Origin: a virus
Taxonomy: Duplodnaviria > Heunggongvirae > Uroviricota > Caudoviricetes
Strand: one strand, 5' to 3'
DNA: 58,281 bases
IMG/VR virus record: IMGVR_UViG_3300012942_000032
Coordinates: 1-58,281 of that record
Part shown: positions 41,740 through 51,383 of the stretch, piece by piece
How positions within the stretch are numbered: the stretch's first letter is position 1
Layout: each line of letters starts with the position of its first letter
Notes under the pieces: model-generated
Seen by the model: the letters and a program-made list of their open reading frames with translations, nothing else
The model's database searches: none
What the model was told of the DNA's origin: nothing
Program-made: the position numbers and the translations under genes

Positions 41740-42312
41740 TTATTGCGTTACGCTACCTTTGTTTCCATGATGCGTTCTGATTTCCCTATTCAGCATGAAC
41801 TCCTTAACTTCATCCCAGTGCCAAGGTTTCAGATCGTGTCCGTCCACGCCCACATCAAGGATACGCCCAGGAACACCAGTGGGTTTACCATGAGTGTGAC
41901 CGTGAATATGATATGATCCGTAGTGAATAGCTTTCCATTCCCAAATAGGGAAATGACAGAAAATAATCTGCTGACCTTCGATACTGCCTTCCATGTATGA
42001 ATATGGAGCAACCTTACTCCATTGAGAAGTGAATTCTTCTCTCTTTAGAAGTTTGTAATCGTGGTTACCAGGAATCAGAGTCTTTTTGCCGTTTAAGCGG
42101 CGTAGACATTTGATTGAATACTCAATATCCTTGCAACCAAAATCACCGATATGATAGACGGTGTCTTTAGGATGAATTGTTTGATTCCAAACAGAAATCA
42201 TATGTTCATCGAGTTCTGTAATGGAAGAGAATTTAGCTCTTCCATTAGGATAATGTCGCATCAAGGACTCTTGGCCAAAATGTGTGTCAGAAATTAGCCA
42301 AGTATTCATCAA
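41740..42312 (-). CDS. calcineurin-like phosphoesterase
   Basis: ISDTHFG, YHIGDF, GNHD, CHFP, HGHTH, DVGVD. Confidence 0.9.
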   Translation of the reverse strand: MMNTWLISDTHFGQESLMRHYPNGRAKFSSITELDEHMISVWNQTIHPKDTVYHIGDFGCKDIEYSIKCLRRLNGKKTLIPGNHDYKLLKREEFTSQWSKVAPYSYMEGSIEGQQIIFCHFPIWEWKAIHYGSYHIHGHTHGKPTGVPGRILDVGVDGHDLKPWHWDEVKEFMLNREIRTHHGNKGSVTQ

Positions 42313-42737
42313 TCGATCAACTTCACAGGATGCACAGTAATATCATTCAGACTCTCAAAATATCCCACCCAAGGGCAAGATACAGAAATACGCCGACCAT
42401 TGTTTCGTGTATAATGATACGAATATCCTTCTGGTGTTCTCACTTCCTCAGCAGCATTTTCCGCAGCTTCTAGAGTCTCGAACAAATCAACGAATTCTAG
42501 GCAGTTATCATAGGAACCAAAGCTGTCGCCTGAATTGTAGTCCACGACAACCAAGTAATATGTCTTTCCTTTCAAGACTTCAAAATCTACAGTGATCTCA
42601 GAATATCGATCAGCAAATTTGATTCCTAGGATTCCCCAATCAGCTGCCGTGGAACCATTATCCCAAGAACTTTCAGGATCGGGTTCACTGACATAATATT
42701 CATGACGGAAATACTCTACGTCAATCTTAGTTTCCAT
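42309..42737 (-). CDS. acidic hypothetical protein
   Basis: V.Y.SGDSFG...PW.GYFESL pattern. Confidence 0.7.
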   Translation of the reverse strand: METKIDVEYFRHEYYVSEPDPESSWDNGSTAADWGILGIKFADRYSEITVDFEVLKGKTYYLVVVDYNSGDSFGSYDNCLEFVDLFETLEAAENAAEEVRTPEGYSYHYTRNNGRRISVSCPWVGYFESLNDITVHPVKLID

Positions 42738-42738
42738 T

Positions 42739-43368
42739 TTATTGTCCAAAATCGAAATGACGAAAAATGATTTCTTCCTTACCAGCAGGTGCACCTGCAT
42801 TCCATGGGCGGAGAGGTGCGACTCTTACAGAGTAAGGAAAATGTGTTTGGAATCCTTTCAGGTGATTTTCTACATCATCGAAAACCGCAACGACTTCATC
42901 TCCAGGAAAATAAAGCTGGGAATTGATGAAGCTTTCTGCTTTATCTTGTCCAAGAGGAACTACCATCAGGTTCACATTAGATGCAAGGCCTAAATGATCT
43001 TTCAGCCAACCAGAAGTAATTGCAAATGGCGCATTCATCCAGCCGCGAGCAGTAATGATCAAGAGATGATATTCTGAGCCTAAAAGCTTCTGATAATAAG
43101 GAAACAAATCAGTCGGCTTCAAATAGACATTCATCTTTCCAGATTCTTCAAACTTCTGAAGCCAGAAATTAAGATCGTCATCTTTCATGATCTGTCCTTT
43201 AAACGGACTTAGAAGATGATAATCAGAATATTCGTATTTGATCTTGTCAACTAACCAAGGATGCTGATCCTCGATCATCCACTGGAAGAAACCTCTGGTA
43301 AAATGACACAGAGTATCATCCATGTCAAAGATTACCCATTTAATGGGATTCATCCTGATCATACACAA
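42739..43368 (-). CDS. HAD-family 5'(3')-nucleotidase-like protein
   Basis: FDMDDTL, ITARG, K...FDDV motifs. Confidence 0.8.
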   Translation of the reverse strand: MCMIRMNPIKWVIFDMDDTLCHFTRGFFQWMIEDQHPWLVDKIKYEYSDYHLLSPFKGQIMKDDDLNFWLQKFEESGKMNVYLKPTDLFPYYQKLLGSEYHLLIITARGWMNAPFAITSGWLKDHLGLASNVNLMVVPLGQDKAESFINSQLYFPGDEVVAVFDDVENHLKGFQTHFPYSVRVAPLRPWNAGAPAGKEEIIFRHFDFGQ

Positions 43369-43679
43369 CTTCCTTTATTAGGATCGCTATATTCTAAAGC
43401 ATTACCCATTTTGATCAGAAAGTAATCAAAGATCCTGCAAAGGATATTTTCTCTTAGATCTTCTTCACCTTCAAGAACAACCTCGATATTTTCGGAATCA
43501 ATTATCCTTCCATTCCTATTAGCAAAGAATGATTCCTTTGTTCCTGCATCATACAACCAGATCAAATTATCTTCAATAGTTGGCTGAATAACATCTAGAC
43601 CTTCATGGATTACTTTATCTTCTAAGATCGCACGACGAAGAATCAAAGTGGCCTTATCCCCAATTTTCAATGATGTCAT
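43359..43679 (-). CDS. hypothetical protein
   Basis: ORF after the promoter. Confidence 0.6.
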   Translation of the reverse strand: MTSLKIGDKATLILRRAILEDKVIHEGLDVIQPTIEDNLIWLYDAGTKESFFANRNGRIIDSENIEVVLEGEEDLRENILCRIFDYFLIKMGNALEYSDPNKGSCV

Positions 43680-43709
43680 AACCAACCTTTTACATTTGTC
43701 TTGATGTAT

Positions 43710-43738
43710 ATGATACAAGAATCAAACAATTTAATCAA
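43710..43738 (-). promoter_or_regulatory. sigma70 early promoter
   Basis: TTGATT-17nt-TATCAT. Confidence 0.7.
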
Positions 43739-43744
43739 CAGGAT

Positions 43745-43951
43745 TTACCAATGCGAATTGTCGGACTCACCTTCTTGAATGTAGACTTGATCACTGTCGA
43801 TCTTCTTTCCATCAAGATAAAGCCCAACTTCTAACTTCTTTGAAGATCCAGAACCATATTCGTGATTGAAAGAAATTTGGATCCTTAGATTATCTTTCAA
43901 ATATTGCTCAATGAACTGTTCCATCGGATAAACATCTGCACGAGTGACCAT
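43745..43951 (-). CDS. hypothetical protein
   Basis: ORF. Confidence 0.6.
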   Translation of the reverse strand: MVTRADVYPMEQFIEQYLKDNLRIQISFNHEYGSGSSKKLEVGLYLDGKKIDSDQVYIQEGESDNSHW

Positions 43952-43952
43952 A

Positions 43953-44279
43953 TCAATACTCTATTTGAAGAAGGAGTGACGTATCGAAATCAGGTAATCC
44001 ATCACCTTCTGTTTCCATAAACTCTAGATGATCATCAAGAATGGAATCTGCGATATCATTGCTCTTGAACCAAAATCTACGACCATTGTAAGTAGACAGA
44101 ACATCTATACCGTATCTGTGATGGTAGAACTGAGGAATATGTCCGTACTTGACTTTATCCTTCTGTTTCCATATGACACAGTAGATCACAAAAGGGTAGG
44201 AATCTTTATCAATCCTGGAGACCAACTTCAGATTCCTACCCTTAAGGACAGTTTCTATCTCAGAAACTCTTTCTGTCAT
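43953..44279 (-). CDS. hypothetical protein
   Basis: ORF. Confidence 0.6.
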   Translation of the reverse strand: MTERVSEIETVLKGRNLKLVSRIDKDSYPFVIYCVIWKQKDKVKYGHIPQFYHHRYGIDVLSTYNGRRFWFKSNDIADSILDDHLEFMETEGDGLPDFDTSLLLQIEY

Positions 44280-44281
44280 GA

Positions 44282-44515
44282 TCAGCAGCTATTCGCAGAG
44301 GCTTGCCACTGACCAGCCTGGTAATCATTGCCCCAACCGTCGTTCTTTCTATCTTCCAGAACCAGCCAGGCACGATCGCCATAACCTTCCAGACCTTCCC
44401 AGGTCACATGGATCTGATGTTCGACGCCAAGCTCTGCGATGCGATCGAATTTCGCGGCGATGTCAGCAAGAGTTTCATCGATCTCTTTCTTCGCTTCTTC
44501 TTTGGTAAGGCTCAT
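44282..44515 (-). CDS. W-x-x-S..C family protein
   Basis: GGAG RBS; ends GQWQASANSC. Confidence 0.75.
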   Translation of the reverse strand: MSLTKEEAKKEIDETLADIAAKFDRIAELGVEHQIHVTWEGLEGYGDRAWLVLEDRKNDGWGNDYQAGQWQASANSC

Positions 44516-44530
44516 AATATACTCCAGTGT

Positions 44531-44866
44531 TTAGACTCTACCGTCTTGGTAGCGCTCTTTGAAACGATTGATCTTATATTCAATCTTCTGATGCAAAAGA
44601 AATGGATCAGCAAGACGAACTGCTTGATCTAGTAGCAAGATAACATCTGCAAGTTCTTCATGAAATTCTTCTCCACGTTCCTTGTCTCTGACATAGATCT
44701 TAATGATCTCTTTTGTCAGTTCAGACATCTCTTCTACTAGATGAAGATTTGCTTTAGCTTTCGAATGCTGCGGAGAATCAGGCCTAAGAGTATTGATCTC
44801 TGTGAGGCTAGAATATACGCTTCCGTGAGCCATTGGGGAAATGAGTGTCGCATAAAGACTGGCCAT
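44531..44866 (-). CDS. MazG-like pyrophosphohydrolase
   Basis: EEMSEL...EELADV motif. Confidence 0.7.
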   Translation of the reverse strand: MASLYATLISPMAHGSVYSSLTEINTLRPDSPQHSKAKANLHLVEEMSELTKEIIKIYVRDKERGEEFHEELADVILLLDQAVRLADPFLLHQKIEYKINRFKERYQDGRV

Positions 44867-45753
44867 TAAAATTCCTTGTAAGGATCAGCAACCTGAAGAA
44901 CATTCAGACCAATCTGACGCCACATACGGCAGACCTGAGGACGATCATCAATCACCATCTGGATACGAAACTTTCGAGGAACCATGTCTAACAGTTCACG
45001 CTTCACAATACTATCTTTTCTTTGATCTCCTTCTACTCTCATGAAAAGATAATATTGAAAATCAAAGAGTTCAGCCAACCAATTATTCGTTTTCTGTTTG
45101 CAACTTCCATCACGTCCAGAAAGGAAGATAATAGTCTTTCCAGCTTTGTGCAGACAACGAATAAGATCTACAACGTGTTGGATAGGCTTATCTTCATCAA
45201 CACGATCCCATTCAAACGGACCACGTTCTACCATTCTTGCAACAGTGCCATCAACATCGACGATCACAGCGTCTTCAGTGCCACTATTTTCAAACACCTT
45301 GAATTCAGGAAAGAGACGATTCCACTTCTCGAACTGGGTTGCAAGAACAGAGTAACTTACTCCATTGATGCGCTCTGCATTCCTAGAAATAGCTTCATCC
45401 CAAGTAATAGAAAAATACTTGAATTCAACGTCGTAACCATTCTTCACGAAAATACGACGAACATTCTCATAGTTAGAAACAGAAAGATTCGTGTCAGCAA
45501 GGATTACATCACATCCCTTCTCAAGAGCATATTCGACGTCCAGATCACGAAGCTTATCGACTTCAGGCTCCCACTTCCATTTCCAATCTTTCCACTTGAA
45601 ATCATTCCTGCCCTGGGACTTCTTATATGCCAGCACCGACTTCCTGTAATCATCACGACAGATGATAATCGTATTAGGATTTTCCAGGATGTGCTTTTCT
45701 GCCCAAGTTGTCTTGCCAGAGCCAGAGACTCCGATGGTAATGTAAAGCTTCAT
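44866..45753 (-). CDS. pseT: polynucleotide kinase / 3'-phosphatase (PseT)
   Basis: GVSGSGKTT, RDDYR, DVDGT (HAD), LSGR, DDRPQV. Confidence 0.95.
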   Translation of the reverse strand: MKLYITIGVSGSGKTTWAEKHILENPNTIIICRDDYRKSVLAYKKSQGRNDFKWKDWKWKWEPEVDKLRDLDVEYALEKGCDVILADTNLSVSNYENVRRIFVKNGYDVEFKYFSITWDEAISRNAERINGVSYSVLATQFEKWNRLFPEFKVFENSGTEDAVIVDVDGTVARMVERGPFEWDRVDEDKPIQHVVDLIRCLHKAGKTIIFLSGRDGSCKQKTNNWLAELFDFQYYLFMRVEGDQRKDSIVKRELLDMVPRKFRIQMVIDDRPQVCRMWRQIGLNVLQVADPYKEF

Positions 45754-45755
45754 AT

Positions 45756-45983
45756 CTATCCAAGTTGATAGGAAAGTCTCAGAAGATAATTAGCATTTTC
45801 ATCTCTTTCTGAACGATAATGAAAATTCGGAGGAGTTATCGCATTCAGGTAAGCAACAGCTCTATAAATGGAATTCCGTGCTTCCGTCACATCAATATTA
45901 TTGCATGATTTTGTGGAGGTGTCACAGAAAGTTTGTTCTTGATTCGAAAAATCCAAATTCGAGAAACCGAAATCATTTTCCAT
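45756..45983 (-). CDS. hypothetical protein
   Basis: ORF. Confidence 0.5.
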   Translation of the reverse strand: MENDFGFSNLDFSNQEQTFCDTSTKSCNNIDVTEARNSIYRAVAYLNAITPPNFHYRSERDENANYLLRLSYQLG

Positions 45984-45984
45984 G

Positions 45985-46755
45985 TCAGTATCCTAGATTT
46001 TTGATGATCATTGTTGATGGGTTGCAGAAACGGAGCTTGTCTACGTGTGCAGTTTCTAAAGTTCCCTGAAAACTTGCCTCAAACCACTTAGCAAATTCTT
46101 CTTCAATGTAATCGAATTTCTCCAAAGAAATCATCTTGCTTCTAGAAGGAATTTCAATTGTCAGAAGTCTGTGATCTTTGTAGCCTCTAACACCACTCTT
46201 ACCAGGTTCAAATTCCAAGAATTCTAAATCTGAAACAATCTTATCTTTGCAAAATTCAATAGCATTCATTAGTTCTCGAACACCCATCTGACATGAAAAA
46301 CAATCAGGCTTGTACTTAGAACTATGATCCCAGCTAATGAATAGATTGCTTCTATTATTCTGAATATGATCCCATTGGAACTCTAGAGGAATCCATTTCA
46401 TGCCAGAAGGCAACCAATCTCGAATTGTCAATTCCCAAGTAGCATGAATAGTATTCTTATGGAAAAAGATCTTCAGAGCATTTTCTATTGTTTCTCTTAG
46501 CGAACCAATAAAATTAACTGAAGGTTTGAAGAGTTGGTGCCCTACATCAAATAGATAGTTTTCAGAATGAACCACATTGCTTTTGATAACTTCAACATCA
46601 GAATAACCTGGGATGTACCAAATAGAATCTGATGCTTTTTCTAGAAGGAATCGACATTCTCCATCTAAAAGACCTTCACACTCGAGAAGAAAGGACTTCG
46701 TTTGAAGTCCTCCTTCCCCATTCACGATTGTTAGAAAGAATGGTTCTTGTATCAT
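45985..46755 (-). CDS. hypothetical protein
   Basis: 256-aa ORF in operon. Confidence 0.65.
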   Translation of the reverse strand: MIQEPFFLTIVNGEGGLQTKSFLLECEGLLDGECRFLLEKASDSIWYIPGYSDVEVIKSNVVHSENYLFDVGHQLFKPSVNFIGSLRETIENALKIFFHKNTIHATWELTIRDWLPSGMKWIPLEFQWDHIQNNRSNLFISWDHSSKYKPDCFSCQMGVRELMNAIEFCKDKIVSDLEFLEFEPGKSGVRGYKDHRLLTIEIPSRSKMISLEKFDYIEEEFAKWFEASFQGTLETAHVDKLRFCNPSTMIIKNLGY

Positions 46756-48056
46756 TTTAATGTTGCCTTTTCAATTTCAAGAATCTCGGCATAGGTATTA
46801 GCCGTATTCTTATCAAGCCTGCGATCAATAATCCGGGGAAGGAACAAAGATTCGGTAGTACGCTTCTTATCCTTGGAGGTGATACGTTCGTTGTAGCGCA
46901 CCGTCCAGATCGAGCCGATCACATCGTCATTGTATAGACGATCGGACTCACGATCTCTTTGTTCGATACCAGTGCCAACGGAGCACTCGATCTTGTGATC
47001 TGCATCGCGCATGATCAGAGCACCGAGTTTGCCTTCGTTCTTGGTACCCTTCTTACCTTCTTCATAGCCGATACATTCCATCTCGATATCGATCATGTCT
47101 TTCATCTTGCACAGGTCGTAACTGCGCTTCGGAACCCATTTGTGATCAAGATTCTTGACGATGGTACCTTCCAGCTTCAGTTTGCGCATTTCACGGAAGT
47201 GTTCCAGAGCCTCAGCATCGTCGTGTACTATCCTGGTCTCAATCAGCATGATCTTGGAGGTTGGCTTACGCTCCAGAAGATCACGTAGAGCACCAAGGCG
47301 AGTCTGATACGGAATCTTCGAGGTTGTATCCACAATATCCCAGGTCAGGGAATGTATCAGTGATGCTTGTTCCTTGGAAATCGTGCCCTTGATGGCCTTG
47401 TTGATGATACCATTACTGGTCTTGCGATCGAGAGGTTTACCGTTCTTGTAACAAACGAGTTCGCCGTCGAGAGTGACATCTTGATTGAAGATGTTATCCA
47501 TCGTTCCCAAGATATCAATTAGCTGACCAGAACGTGCAAATGCAGTCGCTTCTCCGTTCTCATGAAACTCAAGATGGCAACGTACACCATCTGCCTTCAA
47601 CTGTGAATAAGCGGGGAATTTGATTCGCGACAGATCGGAATGACACGTCATCACGTCGAAGGTCGGCACAAGATCCTTCCAGACCTTGTTCGCTGTCGAT
47701 TCAGAGAAGCCGGCGCGCAAATCCTTCAGGATGACGCGCATCAACAGCGTTGCATCGTCAGGGTCTACATCACCTAAGATACCAGCGACATAATCCAATG
47801 CAGCTTGCCCTGTTCTGTGTCTGTTGACAATATTCTGCTCCAGACAATATAGAGCGCTCCCAAGAGGTAAACTATTCTCACCTATGCGATGCCTGGGCTC
47901 CACTGCCTTTGCAATGTAAAAGCGTACAAAGGGACTATACGCCATCAAAATGACACGTTGCAGAAGTTCGTTATCTTTGTTCCTTCGAAGAATTGCTTCT
48001 TTCTCCAGCTTAGAGCTGGTTGCAGCAATTTCCTCGATAATCTGAAGGATGCTCAT
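46752..48056 (-). CDS. 30: ATP-dependent DNA ligase (gp30-like)
   Basis: SKLEKEAIL N-terminus, QLKADGVR (KxDG), LDGEL, EGTIVK, CSVGTG, SLFLP. Confidence 0.95.
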   Translation of the reverse strand: MSILQIIEEIAATSSKLEKEAILRRNKDNELLQRVILMAYSPFVRFYIAKAVEPRHRIGENSLPLGSALYCLEQNIVNRHRTGQAALDYVAGILGDVDPDDATLLMRVILKDLRAGFSESTANKVWKDLVPTFDVMTCHSDLSRIKFPAYSQLKADGVRCHLEFHENGEATAFARSGQLIDILGTMDNIFNQDVTLDGELVCYKNGKPLDRKTSNGIINKAIKGTISKEQASLIHSLTWDIVDTTSKIPYQTRLGALRDLLERKPTSKIMLIETRIVHDDAEALEHFREMRKLKLEGTIVKNLDHKWVPKRSYDLCKMKDMIDIEMECIGYEEGKKGTKNEGKLGALIMRDADHKIECSVGTGIEQRDRESDRLYNDDVIGSIWTVRYNERITSKDKKRTTESLFLPRIIDRRLDKNTANTYAEILEIEKATLK

Positions 48057-48088
48057 TGCATGGTCCTGTTTGGTGGAATCATGCTAAC

Positions 48089-48117
48089 ATTATACGAAAT
48101 TTTCAAGCAGAAGTCAA
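48089..48117 (-). promoter_or_regulatory. sigma70 early promoter
   Basis: TTGACT-17nt-TATAAT. Confidence 0.85.
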
Positions 48118-48149
48118 GTGATTATCTGCAAATATCTATGAAATATTCT

Positions 48150-48485
48150 TCAATTCTTTTTGCGAGATTTCTTAGAAACTTCTTTAACAGGAGCATCTTC
48201 ATTTGCATTCACTACCTTCATAAATGTCTTATATGTAGTGACATAATAGAAGGATGAGTAATGATGAGCAAATTCTTCACCCATAGTTCCATCAGGCTGA
48301 ACTTCAATCATTGTCCAGGTGTTCGATAGACGACCGTATGTGGGATCTAGGTAATATCCATTCCCTACAACAGCAAGAAAGAATTTTCCATCAGAATCTT
48401 CTAAGGCAACCAGATCACCTCTAGAAACAGATGAGTTCGCAGTCTTGCTAAAATCAATATCAGATTTTTCTACATAGAATTTCAT
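48150..48485 (-). CDS. hypothetical protein
   Basis: ORF. Confidence 0.65.
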   Translation of the reverse strand: MKFYVEKSDIDFSKTANSSVSRGDLVALEDSDGKFFLAVVGNGYYLDPTYGRLSNTWTMIEVQPDGTMGEEFAHHYSSFYYVTTYKTFMKVVNANEDAPVKEVSKKSRKKN

Positions 48486-48494
48486 TCTTCTTCC

Positions 48495-49007
48495 TTAAGC
48501 TACTTTTCCAATACTTCTGTATTCGAGTCTCTTATTAGCAATCTTCGCAACATTGATTGCTAATTCCATTGCCTGGGTAATTCCCATATCAATGTAGACT
48601 ACTACAAGATCTGCATGTTTAATCCAGATCAATTGAGATTGCAGACCAATATCTCTCTCAATTGATAGATTGCTATTCAGCACTTCGTAATAGAAATAAT
48701 GATTAGCAACAGGTGCTTCATTCTTCAGAACAGAATCTTGAAGACATCGTTTAGCATATCTCTCCATTCGTCTAGCTTGTGACGGATCTTCTGCCATAAA
48801 AGGCGATAGAATTACCGCAGCTTTACGATTTGGTTTTGAGACATGCAGAGCTAATTGTGCAGGTTTATTGGCAAGATTGGTATCTACATGATAGACGCCT
48901 TTCTTAGAAGGATCGTCTTTAGCAATAGGATCTTTTACTGTACCGCCAGTCTGAAAATGTGGTGCAATAATCCTTTCAAAGAGCTCGTAAGAAATTTTAT
49001 CAGTCAT
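48495..49007 (-). CDS. nucleoside deoxyribosyltransferase-like fold protein (DUF4406/DUF7768-like)
   Basis: ILSPF...YAKRCLQDS...EAPVANH...ERDIG...ADLVVVYIDMGITQAM. Confidence 0.65.
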   Translation of the reverse strand: MTDKISYELFERIIAPHFQTGGTVKDPIAKDDPSKKGVYHVDTNLANKPAQLALHVSKPNRKAAVILSPFMAEDPSQARRMERYAKRCLQDSVLKNEAPVANHYFYYEVLNSNLSIERDIGLQSQLIWIKHADLVVVYIDMGITQAMELAINVAKIANKRLEYRSIGKVA

Positions 49008-49038
49008 AGTTATCTCCCTATGACTTATTTACAATAGA

Positions 49039-49067
49039 AAAAGCCCGCAAGAACATTGCGGGCTTTT
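49039..49067. terminator. rho-independent terminator
   Basis: AAAAGCCCGCAA-GAACA-TTGCGGGCTTTT. Confidence 0.9.
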
Positions 49068-49072
49068 GGAAG

Positions 49073-49309
49073 TTACTTGTTGAGTGCGGAAGTCATATCA
49101 CAATACTTGTTGTATTTGTTCAGTTCGCCGCCCCGTAGCTTGTACGGATTCGCCCTGATTCCCCAAGTCTTCAATTCTTCCTTGGCACAACTACCGCCCT
49201 TTTCCTTACCCCTGGTTTGTGAGCGAGCTTTTACACTCTTACCAAGCCTACGGGACGTGGTTGCCATGCCGTAGAAACCTTCAGCGTTCGGAACTCTTGT
49301 TGCTCGCAT
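49073..49309 (-). CDS. basic hypothetical protein (or structured RNA)
   Basis: AAGGTG RBS; GC-rich with several stems. Confidence 0.5.
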   Translation of the reverse strand: MRATRVPNAEGFYGMATTSRRLGKSVKARSQTRGKEKGGSCAKEELKTWGIRANPYKLRGGELNKYNKYCDMTSALNK

Positions 49310-49320
49310 TATATCACCTT

Positions 49321-49584
49321 TTAGTATGCTGGTCGCCAACTACCATCTTTGGGCATTTCATCTGTGATATCAGACTTTGCCCAAGACAGAAACTTTTCTT
49401 TTGTAATGATCTTGTATCTGGAACCTGTCTTAACAGTAGGCCCATCGTATTGGACTTCAAAGAGACCGACCCAAATGATTTCTCGATCATTCCATACAGG
49501 AAGAACAAGACTTCCTGTTTTGGAAGGTCTCTTTGCACAAAAGACTCTTCCTACTTTAAGATCTTCTGCTTTCAGTTCACTCAT
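49321..49584 (-). CDS. conserved phage hypothetical protein
   Basis: NDREIIWVG..VQYDGPTVK.G..Y...EKFLSWA..D.T pattern. Confidence 0.7.
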   Translation of the reverse strand: MSELKAEDLKVGRVFCAKRPSKTGSLVLPVWNDREIIWVGLFEVQYDGPTVKTGSRYKIITKEKFLSWAKSDITDEMPKDGSWRPAY

Positions 49585-49592
49585 AGTAATTC

Positions 49593-49880
49593 CTAGAAAG
49601 CGTTCTGATTACAGATTTGTTTGCCATCAGAACCTAGTCGAGGAGTCATCGATCTTCCAGGAAGATTGAGATATTGGCAACCAGTCTGAGGATCAGTGAA
49701 GATGGTTACACCTTGCATTTGATCCCTGGTCTGATCACGGACTATCTCTTGTCGATGTTCTCGAGCCCACTTTTCAGGATTGGCATGTTTCTGGTAAGCA
49801 GGAACAGCAATTGCAGCCAGAATTGCGATGATTGCAATCACGATCATCAATTCGATCAGTGTAAAACCTTTCTTAAGCAT
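49593..49880 (-). CDS. type IV pilin N-terminal domain fused to a DUF6440-like domain
   Basis: [30 protein letters not shown]; [10 protein letters not shown]...[11 protein letters not shown]. Confidence 0.88.
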   Translation of the reverse strand: MLKKGFTLIELMIVIAIIAILAAIAVPAYQKHANPEKWAREHRQEIVRDQTRDQMQGVTIFTDPQTGCQYLNLPGRSMTPRLGSDGKQICNQNAF

Positions 49881-50133
49881 GTTGAGGATAACTCCCAAGA
49901 GGAATCAATGCCGTCCAATTGACGTTTTCATTTGTTGCAAGGAAGAAGTCTTCGTTTGGAAGAGCATCATCGTAGTGAGGAATTTCCTCCAGAAACTTAT
50001 CACAGAACTTTGTTCTCCAATGAATGAAACAATTTCTGTTTCCATCCCAGCGAGCAATCGAAGCATTCCTACACCTACCATCGTAATAGGCACCGTGCTT
50101 CAGATCTTCCTTCCTAACCATCGGTGGTGCCAT
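49873..50133 (-). CDS. conserved phage hypothetical protein
   Basis: L.HGAYY.G.CRNA.IARWD...F..WR.KF pattern. Confidence 0.7.
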   Translation of the reverse strand: MAPPMVRKEDLKHGAYYDGRCRNASIARWDGNRNCFIHWRTKFCDKFLEEIPHYDDALPNEDFFLATNENVNWTALIPLGSYPQHA

Positions 50134-50302
50134 TGCTCTCTTCCAGTTCTGAACTATAGAGACTGCCATCTTCTTCGTAGACAGCTTCACCATCGATCTT
50201 AATCGTCACCCAGGGAGAACTACAGCAACCACAACCGCCGATACCAACTTCAATACCACGATCTTTCAGAATCTGAAGAACTTCGCTACGATTCATAATC
50301 AA
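50114..50302 (-). CDS. small protein with a GGCGCCSSP motif
   Basis: IGGCGCCSSPWV. Confidence 0.65.
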   Translation of the reverse strand: MIMNRSEVLQILKDRGIEVGIGGCGCCSSPWVTIKIDGEAVYEEDGSLYSSELEESNGTTDG

Positions 50303-51351
50303 CTCACATTCAGTATGATGAAATGCTCACTGAACCTGCCAGTGTTCATGGAAGTCTCCTTGTTGCGGATATCCTTGAAGAGCTTATTCAGCTCACTGAT
50401 AGCAGGTTTGCCGTTAAATGGTTTGAAGACGTTTTCAGGATTACTAATCCGTTTGGTGCCTGATGTTCCCAGATCAACATTCAAAAGAGTAGTTCCCTTG
50501 AACGTAAACCCTTGCTCTGTTGCGTTGAACAAGATGATACGCTTGTACTTGGAATCGTAGATATAAATCTTCTTCTTTCCAAGTACATCTATCGGATGAA
50601 TAGATTTCAGTTTCAACCTATCATCTTCTTTCTGGAACTTCACTTTCGAGACAACCTTATTAGGATTGACCTTTCGTGGTTTCCTGGTGGTAGTTGCAAC
50701 CCTGCGAGTTTTCTTTGCTTCTGTGCCCTTAGAACATTTCTCAATAATGTCCCTACAAGCTGCCTTCAAAGGTTTCAGCGTCGAAGGAAGAAAATAATCA
50801 GGTTCATCAAGAAGATCTCCAAGTAGCTCCTTCGCCATCTCAGAAACTACTTTGAGATCGTCCTCGTAGTCTACAAAGAAATTGTAAGGTTGCCCACAAC
50901 AAGCCGCATCGAGATATTCTTCTGCCAGACCGTAGGTCTTATTGATCTTGGCAACCTGTCTTTTAACCCTCTTAGGAGAATCCGCAATAGGATTACCATC
51001 CTCATCTAAAGACTGCGCCTTCTTAGGCTGCAAATTAGAGAAGTGATTAATCAATCTATCGAAATGCTCATCTTCCAACGGCATACCGTTGGTATGCAAT
51101 CTGCAAAGAGCACCATACGTCATGAAATCTGAAGCTGCGGCTTTTTCCATCTTGGAAATCAGTTCTGGACAATTCTCCTTTGCCCAATGAAGCGCATATG
51201 CTTTCAGCTCATCGTGCTTGCAATTCCTAGCGTAGAAATTCAAGCCGTTTACTAAATCTATCTTGTTCGGAAAGAGAGATTTGAACTTGGGCTCTGTTGA
51301 GCGTCCAATAAGTTCATTTGCCAATGCCTGGCTCTGAGCTCTTTTCCCCAT
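50299..51351 (-). CDS. conserved T4-like hypothetical protein
   Basis: GLNFY, TYGALCRL, KLKSIHP..VLG...YDSKYK, KGTTLLN.D, GRFSEH.II. Confidence 0.75.
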   Translation of the reverse strand: MGKRAQSQALANELIGRSTEPKFKSLFPNKIDLVNGLNFYARNCKHDELKAYALHWAKENCPELISKMEKAAASDFMTYGALCRLHTNGMPLEDEHFDRLINHFSNLQPKKAQSLDEDGNPIADSPKRVKRQVAKINKTYGLAEEYLDAACCGQPYNFFVDYEDDLKVVSEMAKELLGDLLDEPDYFLPSTLKPLKAACRDIIEKCSKGTEAKKTRRVATTTRKPRKVNPNKVVSKVKFQKEDDRLKLKSIHPIDVLGKKKIYIYDSKYKRIILFNATEQGFTFKGTTLLNVDLGTSGTKRISNPENVFKPFNGKPAISELNKLFKDIRNKETSMNTGRFSEHFIILNVS

Positions 51352-51383
51352 CTTTGCAATCCCAATCTAATTGTTATTCTAAC

